A stretch of DNA of 9,054 nucleotides from Candidatus Heimdallarchaeota archaeon (GTDB lineage: Archaea; Asgardarchaeota; Heimdallarchaeia; Heimdallarchaeales; Heimdallarchaeaceae), in assembly GCA_030668875.1 (NCBI GenBank), contig DAOVER010000081.1, positions 1 to 9,054 on the forward strand, read 5' to 3'. The number at the start of each line of letters is the position of its first letter. Position 1 is the stretch's first letter. The notes beneath the pieces are model-generated. The model saw nothing but the letters and a program-made list of their open reading frames with translations, was not told where the DNA came from and did not search any database. Shown here piece after piece: positions 6,285 to 9,054 of this stretch. Made by a program: the position numbers and the translations under genes.

Positions 6285-8311
6285 ATGAAAATAACGGAAA
6301 GAAATTTATTTTTATTTTTCACAATGTTGATAATGAGTATTTTTCTAACAGGTAGCGCTTCAAGCTATTTGATTGATAATACAAATACAAACATGGAAAT
6401 AACTAATCAGAACCCAGTCATCAATCCAGTTGTCATAGACTGGAGAGAAACAGTAGTACATACAAATTTTAGTAATCTTTTTTCTCTTGAATCAGATATA
6501 GTGATTGATTCTTTAGGAAACGTTCATCTAGTGTGGGCAGAAAAAGAGGATATTCTGGGTTCAGGGACAGATATTGATTATATATCAAAAATGGTCAAGG
6601 TCATCTGAATCTTGGTCAGAAAGAGAGATAGTTTCCAATGAAAGTATTATTGAATCAAGATCTCCTAAGATTCAAATAGATTCAGAGGATAACCTACACG
6701 TTTGTTGGCAAGATTACTCTGATTACAACTCGTCAGGTGGAGATTTGGATTTGTTCTATAAAATCAGAAATGCAACAACTGAATCATGGAGCTTAACAGA
6801 TGTTTTAACCTATAATTCTGATAAAGCAATACTAAGGGTCGTTCTATATAGATATCAATGATAATTTACATGTTACATGGTTAGAAATTGATGAAATTAA
6901 CCCATCAAGTTATGATCATAATTTGCTCTATATGAAGAAAATGAAAAATGCGCTTGTATGGTCTGAAAAAGTAGGTATTGAAACTACCAATTTAATGACT
7001 GAATTACAAAGTAACTATGGTTCTTCAGTAATAACTGATTCTGAAGGAAATATCTGTGTCTTTTACTCAAATGATGATCAGAATAACTTATTTCTAAGAA
7101 AGTGGTTTTCTTCAAATGATTCATGGAGTAATGATGAAAAAATTAATACTGAAACCTCAAATGTTTACTCATCATTTTTATCAGTTGCTAATGATTTAGA
7201 AGGAAATTTGTACTTAATATGGTCAGATTCCGCGGATTATGATAGCTCTGGTGGAGATGTTGATATATTTTTCAAATTATATAATGCAACTACTCAAACT
7301 TGGGAAACAACTGAAGTAGTTTCAACAGAGAGCACCACTTCCTCTTTTGACCCTTCAATAAGTGTGACAATTTCAGGTGACATACACATCACTTGGGAGG
7401 ACTTAACTGACTATAACTCCTCAGGTGGTGGAGACTGGGATATATTCTACAAAAAATATGTTCAATCAACAGAATCTTGGGAATTAACTGAAGTAATTTC
7501 TATAAATAGCACTTCATCATCAACAGATCCTGTTATTCGCGTTGATGCTGAAGAAAGTTTCCATATTTATTGGACAGATAGTACAAACTATTTAGGTGCA
7601 GGAACTGATTCTGATATCTTCTATAAAAGTAAGTTATTCTCTTATGAAGTTGTAGTATTAGAAGAGATATCACCTCTTCATAGTGAAACAGGCATAGTAG
7701 ATTTACACTGGAATGACATAAATGGTGCAACACATTACAATATCTATAGAGCCCCAGTTTTGCTTGATGAAGCATTTGTAATTGTTGATACTGTAACTGT
7801 AAGCAAATTTACAGATTCTATAACAATTGATGGGATCTATTATTATTATGTCGAAGCGGTTACTAATTACCACACAACTAACTCTGTTCGGAGATATGTT
7901 GAAGTTGAAATCGTTCCATTACAAGCTCCAATATTAGCACCAATTATCTATAATTCAACAACAAATGGAACTGTTAATCTATATTGGAATAATGTTGCGG
8001 ATGCGACAGAATATTTCATCTATCGTTCATCTTCATATATTTGGGATATTGGTTGTCTCATGCCTCTTGACACTTCTTCTATAAGCGAATATACAGATAC
8101 ATTGACTTCCGGTGGGGTGTACTATTATGTTATTGTAGCTAGCGATGGCGTTGAACAAAGTTCAATCTCAAACTGTCATTATGTGGTTTATGAACCATTA
8201 GCTCCAACTACTACTGAAGAAACTAGTATAGGACTTAGTATGATTGGAATTATAGCAGTTATCAGTCTAGCATCTCTAATACTTAAGAAAAGGAAATTGA
8301 AAAAGTTCTAG
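6285..8311 (+). pseudogene. Secreted cell-surface protein: signal peptide, seven ~55 aa propeller-like repeats, two FN3-like domains, C-terminal TM + basic tail; frameshifts at ~6583 and ~6836
   Basis: N-terminal MKITERNLFLFFTMLIMSIFLTGSASS. The repeat D..GN.H..W.D....GGD.DIFYK......W...EV.S..S runs across the three ORFs 6285-6608, 6574-6861 and frame 2 from 6836 (SFYIDINDNLHVTW...). FN3-like L.WN....A..Y.IYR...TD......YYY.V.A occurs twice. Ends TEETSIGLSMIGIIAVISLASLILKKRKLKKF*. The lesions may be sequencing errors. Confidence 0.85.
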
Positions 8312-8341
8312 TCTAGCACTAGATTTTCCTTTTTCTTTTTT
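8307..8341 (+). terminator. Hairpin plus T-tract terminator
   Basis: tctagt-ctagc-actaga overlaps the TAG stop and is followed by ttttcctttttctttttt. Confidence 0.55.
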
Positions 8342-8749
8342 CGCCTTACATCTTTTCTATCCTACCTTCTTGTAATCTATCTTTTCAGATGGGGTTCTAT
8401 GTAACAATTAGCGTGCAATAGCTGTTTAACTGGCGTTTAAAGCTCTTCTAATAAAGTGAACAAATTGAAAGCTGATAAGCTGATTTGAATTTTCATCAGT
8501 TTCAAGTGAACATTACACCACGAATTCTTGTATTGAATAAAACACAGCAGACACTTTTATAGCTATGTGGCTGATTGTTTTTTTTCAAACATTAAAAAAG
8601 GAGCTTAAATCATCGAAGGGCAAATAAATTATTGTTTTAGAAGAACTAATAGATGTAAAATCAACGTTATATTTCGTTATAAGTTATACTCGAAGAGATA
8701 GAACTTACTATAATGGTGAATTTAATAAAAAAAAGAATAAATCTAAGAA

Positions 8750-9054
8750 TTATTTTTCTAAGAAAGACTTATCTTGACTTTTATTTGTTTGAATATTTTT
8801 CTTTGACTTTTTAAGAGAGGAAGAACGATTTGGATTCTTCCCTACATACATTTGAATAAAAAATCCTATAACTGCCAGAGTAAACAAAGCAATCATTTGG
8901 TCAAAGTAAGCTAGGAAAACCAATATTGGAAACTCAATAATAAAAGCGATTATCATGTAAAGAACATCCCTTTTTTTAGTTATGAGATAATATACAATAA
9001 GCACTAAAAGGTATAGGATTAGTACACTCCTAGCAAGCATTCGTGTTAATAATA
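8750..9054 (-). CDS. Hypothetical membrane protein, 5'-partial
   Basis: About three hydrophobic helices followed by a Lys/Ser-rich tail. The frame stays open (LLTRMLAR...) to the window edge, so the true start is outside the window. Confidence 0.65.
   Translation of the reverse strand, partial: LLTRMLARSVLILYLLVLIVYYLITKKRDVLYMIIAFIIEFPILVFLAYFDQMIALFTLAVIGFFIQMYVGKNPNRSSSLKKSKKNIQTNKSQDKSFLEK

Noticed and set aside
7281-7293. 12/13 match (ataatgcaactac) to the scaffold end/guide-1 seed at 1076-1088, a possible self-target
   Set aside because: Short, AT-rich, explained by shared N-A-S/T sequon coding, and the match collapses after 13 nt.
6700-7640. Recurring nucleotide motifs (tcaggtggaga, gatat.ttcta.aaa) as a CRISPR-like array
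   Set aside because: They are the coding repeats of the propeller blades, degenerate at third codon positions.
8345-8560. Possible degraded minus-strand ORF and an imperfect inverted repeat (8465-8476/8495-8505)
   Set aside because: Multiple stops and frame changes, no recognisable homology, and the repeat is within chance expectation for AT-rich DNA.

Overview
AT-rich archaeal-type window; an Asgard/Heimdallarchaeia-like origin is my inference from the protein styles. In order: (1) the 3' part of an IS200/IS605/IS607-type tnpB with a -1 frameshift at about 724 and its overlapping omegaRNA/right end; (2) a ~200 bp orphan 3' fragment of a membrane-anchored surface-protein gene; (3) a second, non-coding, opposite-strand homologue of the omegaRNA scaffold with clear base-pair covariation, next to another structured ~100 nt element; (4) two 2-hydroxyacyl-CoA dehydratase/activase-related genes, the first split by an in-frame TAG; (5) a convergent REC-PAS-HisKA-HATPase hybrid kinase; (6) a displaced, almost purely synonymously diverged copy of the 3' end of the second dehydratase gene; (7) a twice-frameshifted secreted 7-repeat propeller + 2 FN3-like + C-terminal TM surface protein; (8) a partial membrane protein. 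The most interesting signal is the pair of convergent TnpB omegaRNA scaffolds, one of them with no tnpB of its own.
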